A stretch of 64,000 nt of DNA. Source: a virus. Each line of letters begins with the position of its first letter. The stretch's first letter is position 1. A model generated the notes under the pieces. It had not been told where the DNA came from. It ran no database searches and was given only the letters and a program-made list of their open reading frames with translations. Shown piece by piece: positions 49,001-59,900 of this stretch. A program made the position numbers and the translations under genes. Where the stretch lies: IMG/VR virus record IMGVR_UViG_3300008886_000081. One strand, 5' to 3'.

Positions 49001-50774
49001 AAATTTCGGTAGGGGCCGTAGATTGGTTCTCTGCCTGGCTCTCCGGTGTTTCAGCCTCAAGGTCGATCTTATGGCCCTGCTGAATCAGGTTCGACAGCCA
49101 GTAGCTGAGGAATTTATTCTGGTCTTTCTTTTCACGCAGATTGACGTAGGTTTTTCCGTCTCTTTCTTCGTACACCACTTTATACCCAAACTGATCCTGA
49201 AGGGCCATCGCCTCCGCCATCTCCATGTCCGGGAGCAGGCGGATCTTCATGTCGGGGTCGGCTATCGGATCGCCCTTTTGTATAAAGTAATGCGACAGGG
49301 CGATGGTAGGATTGCCGTCTTTGTCGTAACCATCAAAATCCAAATTTAAATCCATTAGCCCTCCATCAGGGTCCATGCGTGATTTTCCATGCCACTTGCC
49401 GGCTTTGAGGTGTTCTATCAATCCCGGAATGATCCTGTGCAGCTTTTTGTAGATGGAGCTATAGGGCTGTGAGCCGGGTTTGCCACTGCTTCGCTTCAAC
49501 AATCTGTTGGTTGCCTTGGTAATCCGCACATGGCTCCACCAAATGCTTGTTACAGTCACCTCATCCAGCTCGGGACGGTTTTCCTTGAACCAGGCTGTCA
49601 TCGCTTCTCTAGTCAGATTGCTTGGTTTCATGGATTCGTCTTTTTGCAGCACGGCCCATTTGTAGAATTTTTCAAGCGCCATGCGTTCAAGATCCCGCTG
49701 GTCATCAGCGCTGGTACGGAACGATTCAACGGTAGGAGGTGTTGAGGATGTATCGTCGGCTACCGGTGCAGGCCGGTCCTCTAGCCAGTAATGAGCCAGC
49801 ATCAGCCTGGCATGATCGATGCGCTTCCGGGAGTTGAGCACCGATGGCTCCTGTTTAGAGAGATAGGTAAAGTAGTGCCTGACAAACCAGGAAAAGGGCG
49901 CAGGTTTGTCTTCATAAAAGCTGGGAGGTTCCAGGTCGATGCTTCCCTCCAGAACTTCGTCATCCTGCCAGGTGATCCGGAAATAAACATCCGACAGCCA
50001 TCCGATGAGCTTTGTCTTGACGTGGATGTCGGTCTCGGCAAAGGTTGTAAAGTGTACGCCACGGTCATAGTCCGGGTACACAAGCCCTTCCTTCTCGCCG
50101 AGCTCGATGAGCTTCATCGGGATCTTATCCGTCAAAACTCCCGTTGGCTTTAGGTCAGTTGTTTGCGGGATCTGTAAAGGTTCTGAGGCATCTTTCGTTA
50201 CCGGCGTGTCTGCTTCCTTAAGGGGCATGGTGTCACGATCCGGATAAATGACCAGGTCACTTTCGAAGAGCAGGCGGGCTTCTTTTATGCGCGCTCTGGG
50301 GAATACAGCCACTGAAACAAAGCGGTCTTTAAATTTTTCCCGCGCGAACTCCGACGCGATCACTTCCGCTTTTGGCTTCGAGGGCTCGAAGATGACATAG
50401 CTCCGGACACTGCCATCAGCCAGACTGATCATCACGAAGCTGAACTCCTTCTTTTCCAGGTTGGCGCGAACCGCTTCTGCCGAAGGGAACAAATACAGGT
50501 CAGGCCCGTCTGGATCTTCCGGAAGGACGACTTTTAACTGTTCTGCAAATTCACGGGACTGCGTTGTGTTTTCACCATACCACATGGTTTTTACGCGGCT
50601 GTGCCGGAAATTCATCGCCCTGAGCTTAGGCTGAAGCCTGGGCGAAGGCTCGGCATCGAAACGAATTTCCAGGCCGCCCTGCTTGCCGTTTTCGCTGATG
50701 GCAGTAACGGCCCTGGCCCACACAGCTTGTGCGGGCGTTTGGGATGTCGTGGTATTTCGGTTGCGTTTGGCCAT
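46023..50774 (-). CDS. large polyvalent protein with C-terminal N6-adenine DNA methyltransferase (DarB-like N-half)
   Basis: ILEPSVGTGNF (motif I) and VIGNPPY (motif IV); internal SHYFIQKGDPIADPDM DUF1249-like domain; start MAKRN at 50774. Confidence 0.85.
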   Translation of the reverse strand: MAKRNRNTTTSQTPAQAVWARAVTAISENGKQGGLEIRFDAEPSPRLQPKLRAMNFRHSRVKTMWYGENTTQSREFAEQLKVVLPEDPDGPDLYLFPSAEAVRANLEKKEFSFVMISLADGSVRSYVIFEPSKPKAEVIASEFAREKFKDRFVSVAVFPRARIKEARLLFESDLVIYPDRDTMPLKEADTPVTKDASEPLQIPQTTDLKPTGVLTDKIPMKLIELGEKEGLVYPDYDRGVHFTTFAETDIHVKTKLIGWLSDVYFRITWQDDEVLEGSIDLEPPSFYEDKPAPFSWFVRHYFTYLSKQEPSVLNSRKRIDHARLMLAHYWLEDRPAPVADDTSSTPPTVESFRTSADDQRDLERMALEKFYKWAVLQKDESMKPSNLTREAMTAWFKENRPELDEVTVTSIWWSHVRITKATNRLLKRSSGKPGSQPYSSIYKKLHRIIPGLIEHLKAGKWHGKSRMDPDGGLMDLNLDFDGYDKDGNPTIALSHYFIQKGDPIADPDMKIRLLPDMEMAEAMALQDQFGYKVVYEERDGKTYVNLREKKDQNKFLSYWLSNLIQQGHKIDLEAETPESQAENQSTAPTEILPDENVLALLSQFIPGLRQPSNITRRFESVYTTDNTQQVILASVSPDGVDAFNIYFDDTVDQHIQLQADVSLSLSEPRIAVTSLWFSSDYTDQYGGTIRDTTRLLQFTRWLSDHVKKRRTMTRVIDDTMLLNKESREENLGTKADNEPFDEFAMAQLIALDEYLGRVWSVKFKKDVLTKSSFQADEREYLLAMYNIYVVQDWHMQDAYNTVYRDRHGIQQPERESEPTKTISHSRAADLVFRDHQLPNVLVPTGTREPFLSHSWGDDIEMLLKSEFPHLLKLKENDLPAATPIEMFELIQFGHPTEFGIDVSRADLLEEWEKRGKEVFEDIGYPTDPDYPYANLHTGYRHVESLDALLNSYNSHRGNKWWSVAENARPIAEISKALSIIDQLIAQREAERASYLNPKTGKPKQDKREQTGDVDFIIRRLKKSREVVVKYQDILADGKESKEQRNANDPLATADGVYTRNSAGDNMETIRIDMPKTSGYTATVYLVKTSAGDYREGIAFAKSFGDYSSQSSLITVQDERYPTREAALKAALLLHERELQTLLRAEDAILNNETTKKSKLNQALNALYQFAKEQGISLETAPDVLDASEEIIQGLEDAYWKDDDNRYPQNKAVVRGAAFDQARLRDAIRTKLKTLSLATLQEITYDLSARFTVRRTLDSYEKSLVTVGKTGDKRKKVLIAHYVDDVIVDNDLQDKTTFPVMTYLIELLFSGAARLADIPQTPNSRETTKKKPEKKQSQHELNQEIEALIDAKDKEGASYNEEEKNHLRQYTGSGGLLSEGASGRGTLYEFYTPDLLVRKMWDMAYHYGYDGGRILEPSVGTGNFLKYAPKTAIVSGFETNHYAARIAQVLYPHAHIHEKAFETHFFAGNIHLKDAFENPGYSLVIGNPPYGAFSGKYAGLGEKRYTGVTEYDQYFTLRGLDLMKGGGLMVFLVPSYFMLSTEKYNKTKEKITAKAELIDCYRLPGGAIPHTDIGTDILVWRKRL

Positions 50775-51031
50775 CGTTGAAAATTGATTTTGCCTGAAGA
50801 AAAAATTCACAGGCTGTACAGATCTCCGCAATTGCTGTCACGAGGGCAGAAACTCAGGCTCTTTAAAACCGGAGTAAACTCAGCGCCTGAATGAAAGCAG
50901 ATTTGCAAAGCGCTATACGGCTTTAGAAATGCTCTTAGGACTTGTGATTATTGCGGTCCTTACACTCCGAAGAAATTCAACTCTTTAAAACTGTCTTTCA
51001 GATTCGTTTTGTACAGGTCCGTTGATGTGTT

Positions 51032-51087
51032 CCTAAAACCCGGTAAACCGACCAGCTTTAAAGAGCTGATTGCCTGCCGGGTCTTAG
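51032..51087 (-). ncRNA. candidate structured leader hairpin of the polyvalent-protein operon
   Basis: Minus-strand stems CTAAGACCCGG/CCGGGTTTTAG and TCAGCT/AGCTGG pair fully only with G-U on that strand. Confidence 0.4.
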
Positions 51088-51578
51088 CGGATCTTCGGAT
51101 GTAAAATTAGTGCGGCAGGAAAGGGGATTCGCGTCGTTACTTTGGTCAAAACGTCAAGCTTTACAAAACTGAGAAGTCTGTTATGACAAGTGTGCTGATT
51201 TGCAAGGGGGAGCATATCCTGGACGATTTGCCGGGGCGACAAGTTTTACAAAATTGAAACAATCTACTTACACCATTTCAACGTCATCACAATGATATTT
51301 ATCTGCTAAAAACGCAGACTTGGTAAGTAAGCTGAAAAAAAATGTGCATAAAGTTCGGTGAACCGCCCTGTCTTCAGCGAAAATCACGTAGTCTTACGTG
51401 TTTATTTTTTCGGATTGTCGTTATACTTTTGTCCGCAATTCAATCCATGTTTAATCATTGCCATGCCAGAAAATTTTGTATCTTGGCATGGCGTAAAAAA
51501 ATCTTTATCTACGAAACAGCAATATCTATAGTCGCCATAGCACTATAATAGAAATAAACTCAACGTTTGTTAATATTC

Positions 51579-51694
51579 GGGTAATTTAAAACTCCTCATT
51601 TTACGATTACACACCCCGAGAAGAAAACAGGCGTCCGCAAGGGCGTGTGTCTGATTCTCCGGGGTGGCGGGACTGAGGAGTTCCTAAATTACCG
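51579..51694 (+). ncRNA. candidate long-hairpin ncRNA (C4/CI-like appearance)
   Basis: GGTAATTTA..AACTCCTCA / TGAGGAGTT..TAAATTACC outer stem; CACCCCGAGAA/TTCTCCGGGGTG inner stem; GCGTCC-GCAA-GGGCGT GNRA tip. Confidence 0.5.
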
Positions 51695-51929
51695 AAATCG
51701 GGTATCACGCCCCATTTTTTACCTCTAAATCACTTCTGATCCCCTGCCCGGCACCTTGCATGTTGCCGCTTTCGTTTACGCATTTTTCCCGAAGTGATTT
51801 TTTGCCTCTCTGTTTCTCCACCTATGACCTTAATGCCACTAATCCGAATTAATCGATGTATACAAACGCTTAAAAAAAAACATCCAAAACACGGTCCTTC
51901 AATTATTACAAACCAAAAAAACAAGTATT

Positions 51930-53480
51930 ATGAAAATTACCATTCGCCTTTTATGCCTGTCATTTATCATCTTTAGTCAGGCCAAAGCACAAACCTTTGT
52001 TAATATTCCGTCCGGCACGTCACACACGGATCCTACGTATCGCGTCGGCAACGTGATGATCGGTTCGGACAAAACCCCTATTGAGAAGCTTGATGTTAAC
52101 GGTAATATTGTTATCCCCTCCGGAAATTTTCTCGGCATCAGTAATTCAGGAATTTCCTACAGAAAGTTTCTCCAGGTTGATGTCAACGAAGGGAACAACG
52201 CGCTGAATTTTTACACACCTGGAAACCAATCATCCGATCAGAGCAAAAAAATGACCTTGACCTCTGAAGGTTTTTTTGGCATCGGTGTTGAAAGTCCAAA
52301 ATACCCACTGGAGGTGTCAGGCCATGCAGCTATTTCAGGAAGTTTGAGAGCCAATAGCCTTATCACTAGCTCGATTAGTTTCGGGGGATCTTCAGACGAT
52401 ATCCTGATAAGCTCGGTAACAACTCCCTTAGCCGCAAAAGTGCTGGTATTTGGCGGTATTGCCAACAATCCGTTTCCCACCAATGTGCCTTGTGTTCCTC
52501 AGTTTGCAACGGGTGACGTGCGGATGAACCGGATCACCATCACCAACCAATCCTCGGTTGTAAATAACATCAATTACCTGGACGTTAGGAACGACGGTAC
52601 TTACGGCTATATTGACTATGCACATAATAAAAGCGGAAACGAGCAGCAACAACGTACTGCGAACCCAAATAATACGGTGTGGCCTACCTTAAAGATTAAC
52701 AGCAATTGTAACGGCAATATCGAGTTGTCACACGGCGGCGGCGTAGTCAGCACAGGTAACTTGTTTGAGGTAGGTTTTCCGAACAGGGATTTTACGGTCA
52801 GGAGTAATATCTATGCAGACGGCATAAGTACAGGTCTAAAAATAACCAGCGTACATCCTACCGTTCAGGTGCCGGGCATGACCTATTACAATACCAAGCT
52901 AATGGTAAATACCGCCCTAACCCATGCCATCGCGGTGCTCAATACCTCTTCCAACGCAGCTGGTGATGAACTCTTTGCGGTTCACGGCAACGGTAAGGTG
53001 CAGATAAACGCCGCTGTACAATCCGATACGTATTTCTTAGTAAAAGATATTTCCACGCCTTCCACGCCGGTGGATGGATTCGCGCTGACAGGGAAAGGTT
53101 ATATCCGCATGAACACGCTGGTAACAGCACAAGTTGCGTCTGTTATCAATATCCACGACGTCACTAACAATGTAGATCTGTTCCGGGTTAATACGGACGG
53201 CCACGCCTATGCGCGGGAGATAGAAATCAAGGCCACCAATATGGCATTCCCGGACTATGTATTTGACGAGGACTACAAACGACTGAGCCTGCCGGAGCTG
53301 GATCAGTTCATTGCAGCGAACAAACATTTACCAGGTTTTGAAAAGGCCGAACACTACGAAGCAAACGGCATCAAAGCCTCTGAAATGTTCGTCAAGCAAC
53401 AGGAAACCATCGAGAACCTGACGCTATATATCATCGCACTCGAGAAGCGCCTGAAGGCCCTGGAAGAATCTAAAAAGTAG
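51930..53480 (+). CDS. secreted fibre-like protein with C-terminal chaperone-like (S74-type) domain
   Basis: Signal peptide; GNVxIG/LFxVxxxG repeats; FPDYVF...LPELDQFIAANKHLP...ETIENLTLYII coiled coil. Confidence 0.8.
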   Translation: MKITIRLLCLSFIIFSQAKAQTFVNIPSGTSHTDPTYRVGNVMIGSDKTPIEKLDVNGNIVIPSGNFLGISNSGISYRKFLQVDVNEGNNALNFYTPGNQSSDQSKKMTLTSEGFFGIGVESPKYPLEVSGHAAISGSLRANSLITSSISFGGSSDDILISSVTTPLAAKVLVFGGIANNPFPTNVPCVPQFATGDVRMNRITITNQSSVVNNINYLDVRNDGTYGYIDYAHNKSGNEQQQRTANPNNTVWPTLKINSNCNGNIELSHGGGVVSTGNLFEVGFPNRDFTVRSNIYADGISTGLKITSVHPTVQVPGMTYYNTKLMVNTALTHAIAVLNTSSNAAGDELFAVHGNGKVQINAAVQSDTYFLVKDISTPSTPVDGFALTGKGYIRMNTLVTAQVASVINIHDVTNNVDLFRVNTDGHAYAREIEIKATNMAFPDYVFDEDYKRLSLPELDQFIAANKHLPGFEKAEHYEANGIKASEMFVKQQETIENLTLYIIALEKRLKALEESKK

Positions 53481-53504
53481 TTTTAACCCTATTCTCATTT
53501 TCAC

Positions 53505-53903
53505 ATGAAAACCATTATAACTGTGGCAGCGCTATGCCTGTATACGAACCTGAACTCTCAAAATAGCGTTAAATTCCAGCATGATGCGGGCGGCAACATG
53601 ACACAACGTTATACCCGCAGCCTGAATCTCAGAGTGGGTCAAACCACCAATGATTCCCTGCTGAGCTTTAAGGTTTACCCGAACCCGACAAAGGATTACG
53701 TCACCATTGAAGGGACCCTGCACAGGGATAAAGCGGCCTTAATTTCCATATTCGACATTAACGGTGCCCTACTGAAACAGGACACCTACGAAGGAGTGCA
53801 AAAGACCATTCGACTGACCGGCTACGCCAACGGCATTTATTTCCTGGAATTGAAATACGCCGATCGTCAAAGTGCCAATTACAAATTAGTGATTACAGAT
53901 TAA
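53505..53903 (+). CDS. mini T9SS type A CTD protein
   Basis: Signal peptide; FQHDAGGNMTQR; VYPNPTKD...GIYFLEL...KLVI. Confidence 0.9.
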   Translation: MKTIITVAALCLYTNLNSQNSVKFQHDAGGNMTQRYTRSLNLRVGQTTNDSLLSFKVYPNPTKDYVTIEGTLHRDKAALISIFDINGALLKQDTYEGVQKTIRLTGYANGIYFLELKYADRQSANYKLVITD

Positions 53904-53921
53904 TTCATTAAACCATAGTTT

Positions 53922-56900
53922 ATGTCAATATTCAGAAGTCCTGCGCTAATACTAGCGCTGTTGCTGATTCACGTAAATAGCGGTCTGCTACGGGCGCAAA
54001 ACCCGGCGAACCTTCTATTACCAAATCAGCAGGTCGTCCCATCGGACGAAACCAAGAGAGCCACCCAAACCATTAAGCTGCAACCTGGGTTCAGGTATGG
54101 CGCTGGTAGTTCCGGGAGCCGGCTGACCTTGCAGATCTCGGCTTATCCGGCTTATGTAGAGCCAGGCTATAGCGAACCTCCTACGAACTGTACATTTCCG
54201 GCACCCTCATCAGGGCTCGTTGGAGAAACTGAAGGCAATTTTGCCGTAACTCCAACCGGCAATGCCGTATACACGATTCCCATTAAGTGTAGTCCTGGAA
54301 CGGCTGGTATGCAACCGCAGCTCTCGATCAGCTACATGAGCGGAGGCGCTAACGGTATCATGGGCCTGGGCTGGAACCTGGGTGGTGTTTCTTCCATTAC
54401 CCGAACGTCTAAAAATCCCTATTTCGACACAAAGAACGAAGGTGTGAAGCTCGTGCAGGCAGATGCTTTTGCGCTGAACGGAAACCGGATGATCCTGAAA
54501 AGTGGCACCAGCGGCAACGCTGGCTCAACCTACGGGCTGGAGTTGGAAAACTTTGCGGACATCACCGCCCAGGGCCAGCAGGGGCTTGGGCCGCAGTCTT
54601 TCATCGTGGTAGACAAAAACGGCACCACAGTGGAGTTTGGCACCAACGCGGACGCACGCCTGACGAGTTTGGGTGGAACTACCGTCCTAGCTTGGATGGT
54701 AAGTAAGGTGACCGACGAGTTCGGGAATTATATGCTGTACCACTATACCCAGCTCAATGGAGAGCTGGTGCTAAGTAGCATCGAGTACACCGGAAATGGC
54801 AGCATGGCTCCATACAACGAACTGGTGTTCGACTACATGCCAAAAACGGAAAAACAAACCTTTTACGAAGGAGGAGAGGAATTTCGGAAAACGCAGTTGT
54901 TGAAATCGATCACCGCTAAGGCCGGCGGTAACCTGGTCAAAAAATACATCCTGCAATATGAGTTTGGTTTTACCACCCTATTAAGTAAGCTCACCGAGGT
55001 CAACAAAGATGGCTCTGAGTTAGCGCCAACTCAGTTTTGCTGGAAGGACCCTTATGATAACTCGGTCGTTCAGGGAACACAGAACATGGCACTCTACTCG
55101 TCGGCTAATGCAGCAAAGTACAATTCCATTAAGAATACCATTGCCGCTGATCTAAACAGCGACGGCTTTTCCGACATGGTGGTGATTGACAACAGTAACA
55201 ATTATGAAGTGCTCATCAATCCCTTTGTGCAGAACTATCAAACGAGTAATTCAAATGGCTTCACCAGCGCCTTAACATCGTCAAATCCATCTTCCAATAC
55301 AGATTCCCTGTTAAGCTCTCACGTATACGATAGTGACTTCGACAACAACCAGGAAGTGTACGCTTATTTCAACGACGTCAGCGATCCTAAAAAGTACTAC
55401 CTGCAAAAGATCAATACGATAGGTGTCAGTAATACGAACCAGATGCCGACCGTACAAATCACTCAGGTAGGCTCCCCGGTAACACTGAATAATCGCATTG
55501 ATGCGATGGCTATCCCGAGCCGCTTTTACTATGATAAAAATGACTATACAGCCGATGGTGATTTGGATGAGCTGATTGTTGACGGCGAAAACGTCAAGCT
55601 TAGCAGCGCTTCGGGGAATGCGACCTATACCCTGAATCCCCGCACGATGTTAGCCCGACCGGTGGATTTTGACGGAGACGGTGTGCTGGAGGTAGCTGTT
55701 TTTGAAGACCAGGTAACGAGCCTTTCGGTAAAAATCCTCAAATACAATGCTTCGGTATTCAGCCTCTATTTTTCCGGCAGCATCCCCTTCACCGGTAACA
55801 GTAGTGCCAAATTGCTCAGGCTGATTGGCGTGGGGGACTATAACGGGGACGGTAAAGCAGACATTGTATTTATGAACCCCGCAAAAAGCAGCCTCTCGGT
55901 TTGCTTTTCAAACGGCATATCCCTGACAGCTCCGAAGGCAATTAATGAATTTACAGCCCTGAACGCAGCGCTGGATTATAATATCAGCAGCCCAGACATC
56001 AACGGTAACGGGATCAACGACATTGTCATCACGGAGTATAACACCACCAATTCACTGGCGGATTATACCAGCTATTATTCCATCGGGGATTTGTTTGTGA
56101 AAGGGCCATCCGGCTCGGGTAAGTTCCGGGACAACGTGTACCAGGTGATGAAATACTATTACCTATCCGGTGGAACGAAGTTCGATATCTCCAAAGTGGA
56201 AAAGACACGGGCGTTTGAATATAGTATCGATTTTAACGGTGATGGTACCTTTGATTTCGTATCGCTGGATGGGGTCAATACGAAGCTGGTGTCCAACAAC
56301 CTGCTATCAGGCAATCCGAAATTTATCGGCAACATCTTTACCGGGATGGGCAAAAACATTGAGATCACCTATTGCAATACCGGAACCCGGTTCGATAGAA
56401 CGAGAACTTCTGTGTACCAGGATTCTTACACCGCTTACACCGGCGCCTTAAGAACCTTCAAGCCCGGCAACTTTGTGGTGAGCCATGTGCAGATGGATGC
56501 CAGTTACCCTAATCAATTGGTGTTTGACAAACAGTACGTGTATCAGGGAGCTATCTTCCATAAATACGGAAAGGGGTTCATCGGATTTGAGCAGGTCACC
56601 GAAATTGATGAAGTGACCTCCATAGGATCTCAAACATCTTTTGTCCTGAGTACTAACAATTTTCAGCCGAGCAGCACGTTGAGTACATCGGCGAAGTTTA
56701 CGACGGCCTCAGGTGGTAACAGCGGCCAGGGAGCTATCACCTTTTGGAATTACAATTACAGTGCGATGATCTCCGAAAAGAAGGTCGCGTTTCAACATAG
56801 CCCGCTCGGAGCTAAACGTTTTTTTATCGCTCCACAAGTGGAAAACAGCCGCCAGTTCTTAAATTCTACCGCCATGCAGGTTGATTACAGCTACGACCTG

Positions 56901-59900
56901 TCAAAAGACGGAAGCCCCACGCAACAACTTGTTTCCTATGGATGGCCTGGGCAAAGCCCGGAACGCACCGAACAAACCGATTATACCTATCAGCTGGTAA
57001 ACGGTGTATATAAGCCCTTGCAAACCAAAACGACCTTTGTACAGGGAAGCAATGCTCCTTATATACGTGAGGCAAATTACACCTTTGATGCATCTGGAAG
57101 ATTGTCCCAGGTAGTTAACGACCCAACATTAGGCAATCAATCGCTCGTCACGGTTTATAGCCAGTTTACACCTTTTGGCATCCCGACAAAAATCAATGTG
57201 TCTTCCGGCGACATCCTGCCGCGCGAATCGCAGACCTTGTATGATCCTACCGGGCGCTTCGTGATTAAAACCATTAATCCAAAAGGCGACATCGAGGAGT
57301 TTACCTACGATCCTGCCTTTGGAAACGTCCTGCAGAGCAAGAATATTTCTGGTCTGATTACAAAATATACCTACGACGGATTAGGACGCTTAATCAAAAC
57401 AAAACTCCCTGATAACAGAACCAATAGCATCCGCTACCAATACACCGGTTCGCAGAATAATCCGAACAGGGCCCTGTTTTCCAAAACTGTCCTGAATGAA
57501 GGTCAACCGGCTTTGACGGTTGAATACAGCCATTGGGGACAGCAGGTCCGGACCATCTCGGAAAATTTGAATGGTCTTGTGGTATATTCCGAAAAAACCT
57601 ATGACAATACCGGCCTTATCGAATCCTCGGAGCCACATTATGCTTTAGGACAGAACCAAGCAGGCTACCTCGTCACTAAATTCACTAGGGATGGGTATCA
57701 ACGGTCACTGAAGGCCGAAACATTCTATAAGACGATCCCGACCTCCTATACCTCGAAAGGCATCTTTACGGATTTTAGCTACAATCCGCTAAGTACGCCT
57801 TTCAGTTATATGAAGGGGTGGGTAAAATCGGTCGATCAGAACGGAAAGACCGTGGTGCAGGAAAACAATGCGGGCGGCCAGGCAACTAAAGTTACTAATC
57901 AGGTCAACACGGGTTCCGGACCGCTGGCCGCTACCGGCGATCTGGAAACTTCCGATTACACCTACCATAGCAACGGCCAGCCGCTGAGCGTCACCCTGAG
58001 CTACAGTAACATTAGCGATGTCATTAGCCACACATTCGATTACGATGCATTGGGCAATCAAACCCAGCTCGTTGATCCGAGCGTGGGCACCATCAACTAT
58101 GCCTACAATACCCTGGGCGAGATGTTGAATTACAGTGATGCCAACGGGAATTTTACCTATACCTATGACGTGCTGGGACGTGTCACTCAGAAAGTAAGCC
58201 CGGTGTCGGGTACTACCACCTATCAGTATGTAACAGCTAATGCGGGTAAAAACCAGCTCTCAAAAATAACAGGTCCTAATGTCACGACCGAGCTGAGCTA
58301 TGATTATCTCGGCAGGCCAATGAGTTACCAGGAAACACTACCTGCCAGCTCAAAAGTGTTTCTATCGTCATTTGAGTATGACGCTAACAGCCGGATGAAC
58401 ACCTACACTTATCCAAGTGGCTATAAAACAAAATACATCTATTCGCCAAATGGCGCAGGCTTAAAAGCCATTGCCGATGACAATAATACTGTCATCTGGG
58501 AGAATGCCGGCCAGGATGCTACGGGCCATATCACTGAATACGCCTATGGAAATGGCATTAGCACCACGGTTGACTTTGGTGAGTTGCATAACCTGAAAAG
58601 CATAGAGCACGGATCGCTTCATAAGCAGGAATATGTGTTTAACCCGCTAAACGGGAACCTGGCCTCACGCACGTTTCACAACTATGTTAGCAATCAAAGC
58701 AACAAGGAGGCCTTTAATTTTGATGCGCTGAAGCGCCTGAGTAAATCGGAACAGTTCAACCCGGCGAATAATAACGCAATCCCTAACACGGCAAACAATA
58801 TCACGATTGATATTAAAGGTAATATTCTTCACAAGGATGATGCGGGAGATTATCTCTATAATAATCCGGCCTTGCCTTATGGCCTTACACAGATCAATAA
58901 CCCAACAGCCAACATCCCGGCCAACGCGCTCGGTGTTACGATCAACGACTTCCGGAAGATCAGCCAGCTGACCGAAAGCACCACCGGCAAGGAAATGAAC
59001 TTTACCTATGGCAACAATGATGAACGCGTGAAAGTGGATTACCTGGTAAACACAGTAAATCAATACAGCCGCTATTATCAAAGTAACTACGAACGTGAGG
59101 AAAGCAGCAGTAACACGAAAGAGTGGACTTACATTTACGCTCCTACGGGCCTCGCGGCGGTGTTTTATAAATCTAACAGTACCTCTGCGGGACAACTGCT
59201 GTATGCGCTCACCGATCACCTGGGCAGTCCGGTGATGCTGACAAACGCCAGCAGGCAGATCCAGGAGGAATACAGCTTTGATGCCTGGGGCCGGAGGCGC
59301 AATCCTGCCGATTGGAGTTATAGCGGATTTTCGACGCCTACAATTTTGCACCGCGGTTATACTACACATGAGCATATCGACGAGTTCAATCTCATCAATA
59401 TGAACGGCCGCGTCTATGATCCTGTGCTTGGGCGCTTTACCCAACCGGATAACCAGGTACAGGACCCCGGTTTCCTGCAAACCTTTAACAAATATGCCTA
59501 TGTGTTCAATAACCCACTGAGCAATATCGATCCGAGCGGATGGGCTGGCGGCAGCGCCTTTGGCACTGAATCCGACGGAGCCGTATTAGGTGGCTTATCG
59601 GCAGCTTACAGTAATTATGGCGACTACTACGCGGCGCAAAATGGCTCAGGCGTGCCCTGGGCATATCCTACCGGTGGCGGCGGTGGTGGTGGCGGGAATA
59701 GCTGGTACTCCGCAGGCATGGCTACCGACATCAAATATAACGCGATGATGGATGGAATTTCAGGGCAATGGAGTTACGATAGCTATTCGAATAGTTGGGG
59801 AGTTTTGCAGCAACAAACCTACGGACAGCGTTGGGTACATAACTCCAACGTCAACCCGAATGCAGACGGATCGCTAGAAGCTGAGGCATACGAGGTAGCC

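Noticed and set aside
14923-50774. Classical tailed prophage or conjugative ICE
   Set aside because: No terminase, portal, HK97 capsid, tape measure, VirB4/TraG or relaxase motifs recognised; caveat: the right end is outside the window
51342-51976. Small ORFs 51342-51548, 51730-51924 and 51794-51976
   Set aside because: They overlap promoter-like and hairpin sequences and have no protein-like features; the region reads better as regulatory
59672-59697. GGT/GGC microsatellite
   Set aside because: Poly-Gly linker of the RHS tip; no sign of phase variation
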